Below are positions 20,744 through 31,178 of a DNA stretch of 64,000 bases, one piece after another (position 1 is the stretch's first letter; every line of letters begins with the position of its first letter). The stretch spans positions 2,080,001-2,144,000 of the forward strand of contig CAXXLQ010000004.1 in assembly GCA_963668695.2 (NCBI GenBank). The letters run 5' to 3'. The position numbers were made by a program, and so were the translations under genes. Below the pieces are notes generated by a model. That model ran no database searches, had not been told where the DNA came from, and worked only from the letters and a program-made list of their open reading frames with translations. This DNA comes from Vicinamibacteria bacterium. Lineage in GTDB: Bacteria > Acidobacteriota > Vicinamibacteria > Marinacidobacterales > Marinacidobacteraceae.

Positions 20744-20850
20744 CGGCGCGTGGAGCGGACGTTGGTGTTTTTGTATCTGTGTGCCGTGAGGGTGAGTGGC
20801 GGAGGGAGTTTCGCCTGCTGCGCGGGCAGGCGATGCCGGTCTGAAGACCG

Positions 20851-23306
20851 GTGCTCCTACCGGCACTGCCATCTGAATTGATCGGCGTCGAGGTCGCGGT
20901 TCCGCGCCCGCTGCCGGCCACCTTCACCTACGAGGCGCCGCCCTCCCTGCTGCGCCCCGGCGAGACCACGCTGCCTCCCGGCACCCGGGTGCGGGTCCCC
21001 TTCGGGCCCGGCGAGCTGACCGGCGTGGTGCTCGGCCCCGCCGACCCCCCCCAACCCAAACCCGGAAAAACAACGAAACCCGGAACAACAAACAAAACCA
21101 TAACCCTCAAACCCATCCGCTCGCGCTTCGACGACCCGCTCCCGCCCCTCCCCGAAGATCTCCTCGCGCTCGCCCGCCGCCTCGCCGACGCGACCGTCTG
21201 CCCGCTCGGCCTCGTCCTCCGGGCCATGCTCCCGGCGTCCCAGCCTCCCGGCAGAACCCTCCAGACGGCCCGGATCACCGGGGAGGGCTCCGCGCGCCTC
21301 GGCGAACCCGACGACCAACCCACCAGACATCTCCCCCGCCTGAGCCAGGACGACCGGCGCATCCTCACCCTGCTCGCCGTCTCCGCCGGCTCCGCCGTCT
21401 CCGCCCGCCCGGTGCCGCTGGTCCGGATCCGCCGCGAACTCGACCTCTCGCCCCGCCGGAGCTTCGTCCGCCTCGAGCGCGAAGGTTTCCTCGTCATCGC
21501 CGCCGAGCGCCTCCCCCCGGAGGTAGCAGATCCCGCCCCCCCCACCACCGACCCGACCATCCCCCCGCGGCTCACTGGCCCCCAGCGAGAAGCGGCCGAC
21601 GCCCTCCGAAAGGCCCTCGCCGCCCGCACCTTCGCCGCCTTCCTGCTCGACGGGGTCACCGGCAGCGGCAAGACCGAGGTCTATTTCCAGGCGATCGCCG
21701 CCTGCCTCGAGACCGGCCGGAGCGCCCTCCTGCTCGTCCCCGAGATCGCGCTCGCCTCCCAGCACGAAGCGCTCCTCCGCGCCCGCTTCGGCCCCCAAAC
21801 CCGCGAAGCCCCCAATCCGACCCCCAACCCGACCACCCCCAGCCCCGACCGCACCACTGCCCCGACCCCGCCAGCCCCGACCAAACCGCCCCCGCCTCCC
21901 CCACCGCCCCCGCCATCGCCGTCTTCCACAGCGGACTCGGCGCCGCCGAGCGCCGCGCCGCCTTCTGGCGGATCCGCCGGGGCGAGGCGCGGATCGTGCT
22001 CGGGGCGCGCTCCGCCGTCCTCGCCCCCATCGACAACCTCGGGCTCGTGATCCTCGACGAGGAACACGACGCCGCCTATAAACAGGATGAGGCGCCGCGC
22101 TACCACGCCCGCCAGGCCGCCTGGCTCCGGGCCTCGGCCGCCGGCGCGACCATGATCCTCGGCTCGGCCACCCCCTCGCTCGAAGTGGCCCACGCGGCGG
22201 ACAACGGAAGCCTCACCCGGCTCCGGCTCCCCGCCCGCATCGCCGGCCGGGAGCTCCCCGAAGTCCAAATCGTGGACATGCGCCCCCTCCTCCGCGAGCA
22301 CTACCAAGACCCCGCCCGCCGCGGGCCGCTGATCCTCTCCCCCGACCTCGAAGCCGCGCTCAAGCAAACCGTCGCCGCCGGCCGGCAGGCGCTCGTCCTC
22401 CTGAACCGGCGCGGCTACGGAGGGCGGCTGGCATGCCTGCGCTGCGGCGAGATCGTCGAATGCCGCCGCTGCGGCGTCGCGTTCACCCTCCACCGCCGCG
22501 GGAGCCTCGCCGTCTGCCACGCCTGCGGGGTGGGGATGGCGCCTCCCGAGGACTGCCCGGGATGCGGCGGCAACCTCCTCCGCTCCGAGGGCTTCGGCAC
22601 CGAGCGGGTCGAAGAGGAAGTCGTCCGCCTCCTCCCCGAGACCCGGATCGAGCGCTTCGACCGGGACACCACCCGCGCCCGCGGCAGCCACGCCCGGACG
22701 CTCGACGCCTTCCGCCGGGGCGAGATCCGGGTGCTGGTGGGGACCCAGATGATCGCCAAGGGCCACGACTTTCCCGCTGTCACGCTGGTCGGGGTGGTGG
22801 CCGCCGACGGAGGGCTCGGCGTGCCCGATTTCCGCGCCGCCGAGCGCACCTTCCAGCTCCTCACCCAGGTGGCGGGGCGCGCGGGCCGCGGGGAGAGCCC
22901 CGGCCGCGTCCTGATCCAGACGATGAAGCCCGACCACTACGCGGTCGCCGCCGCCGCCCGCCAGGACTACCCGGCGTTTTTCGCCGTCGAGCTGGAGATG
23001 CGGCGCCGCTTCCGCTACCCCCCGTTCGTGCGCCTCACGAGCCTCACGGTGACCGCGCGCACCTCCCGCGGCGCCGAGGCCGCGGCCACCGAAATCGCCG
23101 AAAACATCGCCACTTCGGACGCTCCTGCGTCGATCGAAATCGTCGGTCCGGCGCCCGCTCCGGGGCCCCGTCCGGAGAAATTTTCCCGCTGGCAGCTACT
23201 CGTCAAGGCGTCCCCCGCGGAACACCCCGCGCTTCGCCGGCGTCTTCGCCGCCTTTTGGAGGCACCGGCGCTCGCCCGCGGACTTACCGTCACCGACTAC
23301 CCCTAG
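20851..23306 (+). CDS. priA: Primosomal protein N', with a frameshift inside a low-complexity insert at about 21795-21915
   Basis: GVTGSGKTEVY and LVPEIAL in ORF 20851-22050; DEEHD..YKQ, SATPS, CxxC pairs and GTQMIAKG.DFP in ORF 21996-23306. Confidence 0.9.
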
Positions 23307-23512
23307 GAAATGCGGCCCTACCCCCTACCCTGGCGGTAAGAAACCACGAACCCTCCCGATAGTCACACCCTTGGAAATGGCGTTGCGCGCTGGCCGTACC
23401 GGCGAGATTACAAATGTAATTTACAGCGCGCATCCGTTGCCCTGCCGACACCCTTTCGTGCCCGGGATCGCATGCGACAGCCATGCTGCGTTTCGCATAC
23501 CATGCCGCCGCC

Positions 23513-23782
23513 ATGGTGAAGGCAGATCTCATCAACCGGGTGATGGCGGCTACGGACTTGTCCGCGCAGGACGCCCGCGACGCCGTAGAGGCGCTTTTCG
23601 AGGAACTCCGGGTGGGTCTCGAACGCGGTCATCGGGTAGTGCTGCGGAGGTTCGGCGTGTTCCACGCCGCTCCGCGCAAGACGGGGGTGGCGCGCAATCC
23701 GCGCACTGGGGAACCGGTAGGGATCCCACGGGGGCGGGTGGTGCGCTTCCGTCCCGGCCAGAACCTCCGCGGCATCAAGTAG
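23513..23782 (+). CDS. HU/IHF-family DNA-binding protein
   Basis: KADLI, FGVF, RK...ARNPRTGE.V.IP....VRF.PG. Confidence 0.92.
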   Translation: MVKADLINRVMAATDLSAQDARDAVEALFEELRVGLERGHRVVLRRFGVFHAAPRKTGVARNPRTGEPVGIPRGRVVRFRPGQNLRGIK

Positions 23783-23813
23783 GCCCCTTCCGGGCTAGGC
23801 GCACGAGCGCTAG

Positions 23814-24047
23814 CAGCCTGTGGTGGAACCCGGGTGAGCGCCGAGAGCGGCGAGTCCTCCCGGTGGGGGCGAGGCGCCCGGCTGACAAGGCGCGTGAGGG
23901 AGGAGCCCCCACCGGGAGAACTGGCCCGAGTGTATTTCGACCGAAACGCAACGCCGAGCGCCGCAAAGCGCCAGTTCTCCCGGTGGGGGGGCGGTTCAGG
24001 CGGGATGGATCGCCGCTCGAACGCCGCCTGGGTTTCGCCACCGGCTG
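23814..24047 (+). mobile_element. MITE-like element
   Basis: CTAG|CAGCCTGTGG...CCACCGGCTG. Confidence 0.8.
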
Positions 24048-24049
24048 CT

Positions 24050-24480
24050 GGGAGCGCCGGCCAGTTCTCCCGGTGGGGCCCTTCAGACCGGCATCGCTCC
24101 TCGCAGGGGAGCGAAACTCCCCTTGCCCGACTCCCTCAAGTCGCGTCCAACTCCGGGGATGGTTCCGCGCCGAAACTCCCGTCGCCACTCCCCGCATGGC
24201 GCCGCACAAAATAAACTCCCATCGCCACTCCCCGCATCGCGCCGCAGGACCAGGAGCGCCGCCAGTCCTCCCGGTGGGGGCCTTCAGACCGGCACCGCTC
24301 CCCGCAGGCTGGGAGCGCTGGGCAGTTCTCCCGGTGGGGCCCTTCAGACCGGCATCGCTCCTCGCAGGGGAGCGAAACTCCCGTTGCCCGACTCCCTCAA
24401 GTCGCGTCCAACTCCGGGGATGGTTCCGCGCCGAAACTCCCGTCGCCACTCCCCGCATGGCGCCGCACAAAATGAATTTC
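24050..24480. repeat. Cluster of a second repeat family (CAGTTCTCCCGGTGGGGCCCTTCAGACCGGCATCGC...GCGAAACTCCC) with a local duplication
   Basis: About 24060-24212 is nearly identical to about 24322-24473. Related copies lie near 6470, 20800, 25905, 29120, 33265, 36690, 42100, 52010, 55310 and 58550. Confidence 0.8.
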
Positions 24481-24500
24481 CGTCGCCCCTCGCGTTGCCC

Positions 24501-25877
24501 ATGAAGACAGTCGCACTCTTCGGGCGGCCGAACGTCGGGAAGTCCACCCTCTTCAACCGCATCGTCGGCGGCCGCCCCGCCATCGTCCACGCCCGGCCCG
24601 GTTCCACCCGCGACGGCCGGCTGGAGCCGTTCGAATGGCGCGGCGTCACCTTCCGCCTCCACGACACCGGCGGGGCGGGGGCGCCGGACGCCTCGCCCTT
24701 TGCCCGCGAGATCCGGGCCCTCGCCGAGAGCACGGCGGCCCGGAGCGACGTCGTCGTCTTTCTGGTGGACGCCCGCGCCGGGATGACTGCCGCGGACGAG
24801 GAACTCGCCGGCGAGCTCCGCCGGCAACCGGGCGGCGCCCCGGTGGTGCTCGTCGCGAACAAGGCCGAGGGGGTCCACGAGGCGTCCGCGGTCGAGTTCC
24901 ACGCGCTCGGGCTCGGGGACCCGTTCCCGATTTCCGCCGAGCACGGGCTCGGGATCGCCGAGGTGCTCGATCGCTTGGTCGAGATCCTCGCCCCAACCTC
25001 CGAAGAATCCCGGGCGCCCGGGGACTCCCCTGCCGAGGACGCTGCCGAGGACGGTGAAGCCCTCCGGGTCGCGATCGTCGGCCGCGCGAACGTCGGCAAG
25101 TCCACCCTGCTGAACCGCTTCGCCGGCTACGAGCGCGCCCTGGTCTCCGCCATCGCCGGCACCACCCGCGATCCGGTGGACGAGCGGCTCGAGGTCGGCG
25201 GCCGCGACGTCGTGCTGGTGGACACCGCCGGCATCCGCCGGATCGCCCGGCGCCGGCCCGTGGTGGGATTCGAGGAAGCCGACGCCCTCGCCGTCGTGAT
25301 GTCGGAGAAGGCGATCCGCCGCGCCGACGTATCTCTATTAATTACTGATGCGGTGAATGGTCCCACCTCGCGGGACGCCCAGATCGCCCGCCTGATCGAG
25401 GACGCGGGCTGCGCGGTCGTGGTTCTCCTGAACCGGTGGGACCTCGTGACCTCGCGTGCGGCGCGCTGGGCGGAACTCCGTCTCGACGTGGGGGAGCGTG
25501 TCCGGCACATCGGCCACGCGCCGCTCCTCCGCATGTCGGCGATGACCGGGCAGGGGGTGGAGGCGATCTGGAAGCAGGTCTTCCGGGTCAGAGCCGAGGG
25601 AACGAAGCGCATTTCCACCCCGGAGGTGAACCGGTTCATGGCCCGCGCCTCGCAGCGCTTCGCCCCCCGCTCGCGCCGGGGCAAGGAGGTGAATCTGCTC
25701 TACGGGTTCCAGTCCGGCGTGGCGCCGCCCCGGTTCCGGATTTTCACGAACTGCCGCCGCGCGGACATCCTGCCCTCCTACCCGCGCTTCCTCATCGGCG
25801 AACTCCGCCGCCGCTACGGCTTCGCCGGCACCCCCGTCCGCCTCACCCTCGAGTACAAGAAAAACCTCTCCCGCTAG
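24501..25877 (+). CDS. der: Ribosome biogenesis GTPase Der (EngA)
   Basis: Two G domains (GRPNVGKS/DTGG/NKAE and GRANVGKS/GTTRD/DTAG) plus a KH-like C-terminus ending GF.GTP. Confidence 0.95.
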   Translation: MKTVALFGRPNVGKSTLFNRIVGGRPAIVHARPGSTRDGRLEPFEWRGVTFRLHDTGGAGAPDASPFAREIRALAESTAARSDVVVFLVDARAGMTAADEELAGELRRQPGGAPVVLVANKAEGVHEASAVEFHALGLGDPFPISAEHGLGIAEVLDRLVEILAPTSEESRAPGDSPAEDAAEDGEALRVAIVGRANVGKSTLLNRFAGYERALVSAIAGTTRDPVDERLEVGGRDVVLVDTAGIRRIARRRPVVGFEEADALAVVMSEKAIRRADVSLLITDAVNGPTSRDAQIARLIEDAGCAVVVLLNRWDLVTSRAARWAELRLDVGERVRHIGHAPLLRMSAMTGQGVEAIWKQVFRVRAEGTKRISTPEVNRFMARASQRFAPRSRRGKEVNLLYGFQSGVAPPRFRIFTNCRRADILPSYPRFLIGELRRRYGFAGTPVRLTLEYKKNLSR

Positions 25878-26223
25878 GCGCAGGAAACACCGCAGGGAAT
25901 AGGAGCGCCGGCCAGTTTTCCCGGTGGGGGCCTTCAGACCGGCATCGCGGTCCGCAGGCCGCGAAACTCCCATCGCCAGTCCCCGCATGGCGCAGCAGGC
26001 AACGGGAATGGCGCAACGTCACCCACGCTTGGAACGCCGACCTCTAGTCGGTTCCGCGGCCCGGAGCCCAGCGGAACCGACTACCGCCCTCTCGTGCAGT
26101 GTCCCACCGGCAAGGGGCTGTCGCGGGCCATCCGGGCTGTCACCGCCACCCCTACCTCCCACTGCCGTACAATTCCCCACGTCCTCCCCCCCTGTAATAA
26201 AAAGGAAGGAACGGGTTTCAACA

Positions 26224-26502
26224 TTGAACAAGGCGGATCTCGCGGCGGCCGTCCGAAGCTTCCACGGCGGCGTTACCGGCGCCGAAGCCCTGCGGATCGT
26301 GGACACCATCTTCCAACGCGCGGCGGACGGTCTGGCTGCCGGCAGAACCCTGAAGATCCGGCGGTTCGGATCGCTCGAGGTCCGCTCGCGCGGTCCCCGG
26401 CGGGGTCGTGATCTCCGCACCGGGCGCATCTTCTTCTCGTCGGCCCTCCGGAAGCCGTTCTTCCGCCCCTCCATCCACCTGCTCAGGAGTCTTCAGTCGT
26501 GA
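26224..26502 (+). CDS. IHF/HU-family protein (IhfA-like position)
   Basis: LNKADL...FG..EVR....R.GR..RTG....FRPS; lies upstream of merR and tRNA-Pro(GGG), the usual ihfA context. Confidence 0.8.
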   Translation: MNKADLAAAVRSFHGGVTGAEALRIVDTIFQRAADGLAAGRTLKIRRFGSLEVRSRGPRRGRDLRTGRIFFSSALRKPFFRPSIHLLRSLQS

Positions 26503-26918
26503 CGCCGGCCAGCGACGGCGGGCTCCAGATCCCGAACAAGCTCTATTTCCGGATCGGCGAGGTCAGCGAGATCACCGGGGTCCAGCCGTACACCCTCCGT
26601 CACTGGGAGATGGAGTTCCCGACGCTGAGCCCCAAGAAGAACGATTCCGGCCAGCGCCTCTACCGCAAGGAAGACATCGAGATGGTGCACACCATCCAGC
26701 GTCTCCTGCACAGCGAGGGGTACACCACCGCGGGCGCCCGCCGCCTGTTGAGCGCGAAGCGCGGACCGCGTCCGGTGGTCCCGCAGCCTCCCCCTCCGCC
26801 CCCGAAACCCGACCCGCCGCGGCTCTCGCCGTCCGCGCTCGGAGCGGTGACCGCGGCCCTCGGGTTGATGGACCGCAACGACGAGCGGCTCGCCCGTCTG
26901 GAGGCTCCGGAGGACTAG
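26499..26918 (+). CDS. MerR-family regulator
   Basis: IPNKLYFRIGEVS....V..YTLR.WE.EF..L.P.K...GQR.Y. Confidence 0.92.
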   Translation: MTPASDGGLQIPNKLYFRIGEVSEITGVQPYTLRHWEMEFPTLSPKKNDSGQRLYRKEDIEMVHTIQRLLHSEGYTTAGARRLLSAKRGPRPVVPQPPPPPPKPDPPRLSPSALGAVTAALGLMDRNDERLARLEAPED

Positions 26919-26934
26919 AATCCGAACGATCCGT

Positions 26935-27011
26935 CGGGACGTGGCGCAGTCTGGTAGCGCACTTGCTTGGGGTGCAAGTGGTCGTCGGTTCAAATCCGGC
27001 CGTCCCGACCA
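26935..27011 (+). tRNA. tRNA-Pro(GGG)
   Basis: CGGGACG/CGTCCCG acceptor stem, CTTGC-TTGGGGT-GCAAG anticodon arm, encoded CCA. Confidence 0.96.
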
Positions 27012-27086
27012 GAGCGATTCCCAGAAGGGGCCCCCACCCGGACTGGATTCGGCCCGTACCGGATTTGGATCGTTTGGTTCGGTGAA

Positions 27087-27712
27087 CAGCCGGTGGTGGA
27101 ACCCGGGTGAGCGCCGAGGTTGGCCAGTTCTCCCGGTGGGGGCGAGGCCCAGTTCTCCCGGTGGGGCCAGTCCTCCCGGTGGGGGCCCGGCTGACAAGGC
27201 GCGTGAGGGAGGAGCCCCCACCGGGAGAACTGGCCCGGGTGTATTCCGACCGAAGCGCAACGATGAGCGGCGCGAAGCGACGCGGTGAACAGCCGGTGGT
27301 GGAACCCACGTGAGCGCCGAGGCCGGCGAGGCGCCCGGCTGACAAGGCGCGTGAGGGAGGAGCCCCCACCGGGAGAACTGGCCCGGGTGTATTTCGACAG
27401 AAACGCAACGATGAGCGGCGCGAAGCGACGCGGTTCAGCCGGGATGGATCGCCGGCCGAGCCCCCACCGAACTGGGCCGCGTGGGTTTCATCACCGGTTG
27501 TTTGGCCGGGATGGATCGCCGGCCGAGCCCCCACCGGGAGAACTGGGCCGCGTGGGTTTCATCACCGGTTGTTTGGCCGGGATGGATCGCCGGCCGAGCC
27601 CCCACCGGGAGAACTGGGCCGCGTGGGTTTCATCACCGGTTGTTTGGCGGGATGGATCGCCGCTCGAGCCCCCACCGGGAGAACTGGGCCGCGTGGGTTT
27701 CACCACAGGCTG
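27087..27712 (+). mobile_element. Composite MITE with internal ~70-bp tandem units
   Basis: Two left ends (27087 and about 27290), repeated GGGATGGATCGCCGGCCGAGCCCCCACCGGGAGAACTGGGCCGCGTGGGTTTCA units, right end CCACAGGCTG|TTAA. Confidence 0.8.
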
Positions 27713-27740
27713 TTAAGTCGAGGCCCCTTTCGGGAATCGC

Positions 27741-27865
27741 CCCGGCGCTGCGCGCCGGGCATCGAAACTCCGACGCGCGCCAGAGGCGCACGTCGGCGAG
27801 TTCCGATTGGTTGTTGTCGATTTGTGAAAGAGGGAAATCCCCTCCTTTCACATTTCCCCCGATCA
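27741..27865 (-). repeat. TGTGAAAG...CTTTCACA family, copy 4
   Basis: GGCGAGTTCCGATTGG...TTGTGAAAGAGGGAAATCCCCTCTTTCACATTTCCCCC. Confidence 0.75.
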
Positions 27866-28151
27866 CGCCGGCGGCGCGCTCGGCCAGGCGCCGCCTGAAC
27901 GCCGATCTCTGGAAAGCTCTATGGGGGTGGATGGCTGCCCGCGGCCGCGGACAAGCACACAACCTCGGACTGACGGGGGCCGCCGGGCAGGGGGACGCCG
28001 GGCAGGGGGACGCCGGGCAGGGGGACGCCGGTATTCACGCCCCCACCGGGAGAGCTGGCCGACCCCGCGGCCCGCAGGGCCCCGAAACCCCCACCGATGC
28101 CGCCAGTCCGACCAGACAACCCGGATTCCCGCCCCGCCGGCGCTCCCGGTG

Positions 28152-28337
28152 GTGATGCCCGACAGCGCTCAGGACCGAATTGAAAGTCGGCTGTCCGGGA
28201 GGTCAGGACCGACCTGAAGGCGGAGATCGCCGTCCGGGCGGACTCTCTTGAGAAGCAGATCCGCCTGACCTGGGTCTTCCTGACGCTGCAAGGCGGTGAC
28301 GCTCACCGCCGTCCTCGTCCGACTCTTTGCCGGCTGA
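28152..28337 (+). pseudogene. Frameshifted remnant of a coiled-coil plus C-terminal TM protein
   Basis: Fragments DLKAEIAVRADSLEKQIRLTWVFL and VTLTAVLVRLFAG* match the C-terminus of 28571-29062. Confidence 0.6.
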
Positions 28338-28467
28338 CCGCGACGGCGCCCGATAGGGACCGCTCGCCCCCGCCCGGCATCGCCCCCGCCCGGCATCGCC
28401 CCCCAAGGGCATCGCTCCCGCCCGGGCCAAAACGCACATGCCGCCCACGCTCACGGCCGGCAACCGC

Positions 28468-28527
28468 GGCGACTTTTCCACATCTACCCCCGGACGCGGG
28501 AAGAAACGGACCCGGTTTCCGTCTGTA
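28468..28527 (+). promoter_or_regulatory. Conserved upstream motif of the coiled-coil family
   Basis: GGCGACTTTTCCACA...GGAAG-N16-CGTCTGTA. Confidence 0.6.
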
Positions 28528-28570
28528 TCCGTAAGGACGGCGTTTGCCGTTCGAACGGAGGAAACACGAC

Positions 28571-29062
28571 TTGCCACGAACCCAACCAACCGACCCCGAA
28601 TCCCAGCCCGTCGCGGCATCCGCTGACAATCCCGCGCGCCGTCCCACTCCGGGCACCGCGACCGATACCCCCACGCCTTCCGGGCCCGAACGACCGGACA
28701 GCGCCCTGTTCCGCGTTCTTCTGGCTGCTGGCGGAGACCCGATGACTACCTATACTGCGATGAAGGAAATGGAAGTCATGGTCGGCCACGGTGTCGTCGC
28801 CCAGCTTGGCGACCAGATCCAGGTGCTTGCCGCGACACTCGACAGGGTGGAGAACAACCTCGCGACGGTCAAGACGGATCTCGCGACGGTCAAGACGGAT
28901 CTCGCGACGGTCAAGACGGATCTCGGGACGGTCAAGACGGATCTCGGGACAGTCAAGACGGATGTGGCGGTGCTCAAGAAAGAGGTCCGCCTGATCTGGG
29001 GCGCCCTCGTCCTGGCGGTTCCGACGCTCACCGCGGTCCTGGTCCGGCTCTTCGGCGGCTGA
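28571..29062 (+). CDS. Heptad-repeat coiled-coil protein with C-terminal TM helix (DUF1640/CCDC90-like topology)
   Basis: TTG after GGAGG; (L.TVKTD) x5 encoded by 21-bp repeats, then LIWGALVLAVPTLTAVLVRLF. Confidence 0.72.
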   Translation: MPRTQPTDPESQPVAASADNPARRPTPGTATDTPTPSGPERPDSALFRVLLAAGGDPMTTYTAMKEMEVMVGHGVVAQLGDQIQVLAATLDRVENNLATVKTDLATVKTDLATVKTDLGTVKTDLGTVKTDVAVLKKEVRLIWGALVLAVPTLTAVLVRLFGG

Positions 29063-29452
29063 ACGCCCCGGTCGGGCAGGGACCCCCGACCTCCGGCGGC
29101 CATCGCGATCCGCACGCTAGGAACGCTGGGCAGTTCTCCCGGTGGGGCCCTTCAGACCGGCATCGCGGCCGAAGGCCGCGAAACTCCCATCGTTATTCCC
29201 CGCATGGCACTACTGGGACTAGGAACTCCCGTCGCCAATCCCCGTATGGCGCCGCCAGGGAAAAGGAGCGCCGGCCCCCCGGCCGTCACCGCGGCCCGCA
29301 GGCCCGGGAACGCTGGGCAGTTCTCCCGGTGGGGCCCTTCAGACCGGCATCGCGCGGGAGCGCGAAACCAGCGCTGATGACGCGCTGCCAGGGAACGCCG
29401 GTGTTCACACCGGCACCGCCCGCCGCAGGCGGGCGGACGACGTAACCCCTAA

Positions 29453-30209
29453 CAGCCGGTGGTGGAACCCGGGTGAGCGCCGAGGCCGGGGAGGCCCAGT
29501 TCTCCCGGTGGGGCCAGTTCTCCCGGTGGGGGCCCGGCTGACAAGGCGCGTGAGGGAGGAGCCCCCACCGGGAGAACTGGCCCGGGTGTATTCCGACCGA
29601 GACGCAACGATGAGCGGCGCGCAGCGATGCGGTTCAGCCGGGATGGATCGCCGGCCGAGCCCCCACCGGGAGAACTGGGCCGCGTGGGTTTCACTGCCGG
29701 CTGTCTGGCCGGGATGGATCGCCGGCCGAACTGGGCCGCGTGGGTTTCACTACCGGCTGTTTGGCCGGGATGGATCGCCGGCCGAGCCCCCACCGGGAGA
29801 ACTGGGCCGCGTGGGTTTCACTGCCGGCTGTTTGGCCGGGATGGATCGCCGGCCGAGCCCCCACCGGGAGAACTGGGCCGCGTGGGTTTCACTACCGGCT
29901 GTTTGGCCGGGATGGATCGCCGGCCGAGCCCCCACCGGGAGAACTGGGCCGCGTGGGTTTCACTACCGGTTGTTTGGCGGGATGGATCGCCGCTCGAACG
30001 CCGCGTGGGTTTCGCCACAGGCTGTTAACAGCCGGTGGTGGAACCCGGGTGAGCGCCGAGAGAGCGGCGAGGCGCCCGGCTGGCAAGGCGCGTGAGGGAG
30101 GAATACCGGGTGTATTTCGACCGAAACGCAACCCAGAACGGAGCGAAGCGGAGTGGTTCAGCCGGGATGGATCGCTGCTCGAACGCCGCCTGGGTTTCAC
30201 CACCGGCTG
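29453..30209 (+). mobile_element. Two MITE copies in tandem sharing TTAA (30025-30028), with internal ~70-bp tandem units
   Basis: CTAA|CAGCCGGTGG...CCACAGGCTG|TTAA|CAGCCGGTGG...CCACCGGCTG|TTCA. Confidence 0.82.
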
Positions 30210-30562
30210 TTCACACCCTTACAGCCCGCGACAGCGGGAACGCCCGCCTCCGACCGGCGCCGCTGCCCGAAGCGCCGCGAAACCGCGTATCGCCGTTCTC
30301 CGGCGGAGGCCGCACGTCGCCAATCCCCGGAAGAGTCCGGCGAAAACCCTCCCCAGCAGAACCGCCCGCCGCCCACCTTCGTTCCCATCCGTGGAGTTCC
30401 TCCCCGTGAAAACCGAACCTTCGAAGGGCTCCGCCGCCCGCCCGCGCGCCGCGCAGAACCGGGGACCCGGCGCACCGCGGCGCGGCTTTCTCCCACCCCC
30501 GAACGGTGCCGCCGACCCGAGGTCCGGCGCCTCTTTTCCCCGCTACAATCCCACCCGGCCGC

Positions 30563-30636
30563 CGGGGCGTGGCTCAGTCTGGCAGAGCACCTGGTTCGGG
30601 ATCAGGGGGTCGCAGGTTCAAATCCTGCCGCCCCGA
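30563..30636 (+). tRNA. tRNA-Pro(CGG)
   Basis: CGGGGCG/CGCCCCG acceptor stem, CCTGG-TTCGGGA-TCAGG anticodon arm; TACAAT -10 at 30544. Confidence 0.96.
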
Positions 30637-31178
30637 CGCGGCCCGTCCCCCAGACGGTTCCGGCAGACGGGTTCCCCCAGACGGGTTCCCCCAGACGGGT
30701 TCGGCAGACGGGTTCCGGCAGACGGGTTTCGGCCCCGAGGCGGCCACGGCATCCGGCCGTTTCGGACGCATTTTTCCCCGCCCCTTCCCACCCAGGAAAG
30801 GGGTGGTCATTTCGGCACTCACCCATGGTTCAAAACGTGTATATTCCGGCGCTCTTGCCGGAGACAGTTCGTCCCGGCGGGTGCCCTTTTTCTTGCTCTT
30901 GCTTCTTGACATTCCCAAATCGGGTGTGATGGAGTTAGCTCGCATGTTCGCCCTGAGCGCCCCTGCCCATTCATTGGTCAGTGTGCGTTCGGAGCCTTAC
31001 TTCGCTGGGTTCTTGCCCCTTGATCCGGTCGCGCATATACTTGCCGCGCGGTTGGCTGGTGCGGGAACGCGGCGGTTTGCCTTGTCCTACCGAAGGTGGG
31101 AATGAATACACGAGACGGTACTTGGCCCCTCCGGGCTTTGAACTTGTCCCCAACGACCTACTACAGGAGGTAGGCGAA

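Noticed and set aside
27430-30020. CRISPR array in the ~70-bp tandem units
   Set aside because: Units are almost identical end to end with no spacers; they are MITE-internal expansions
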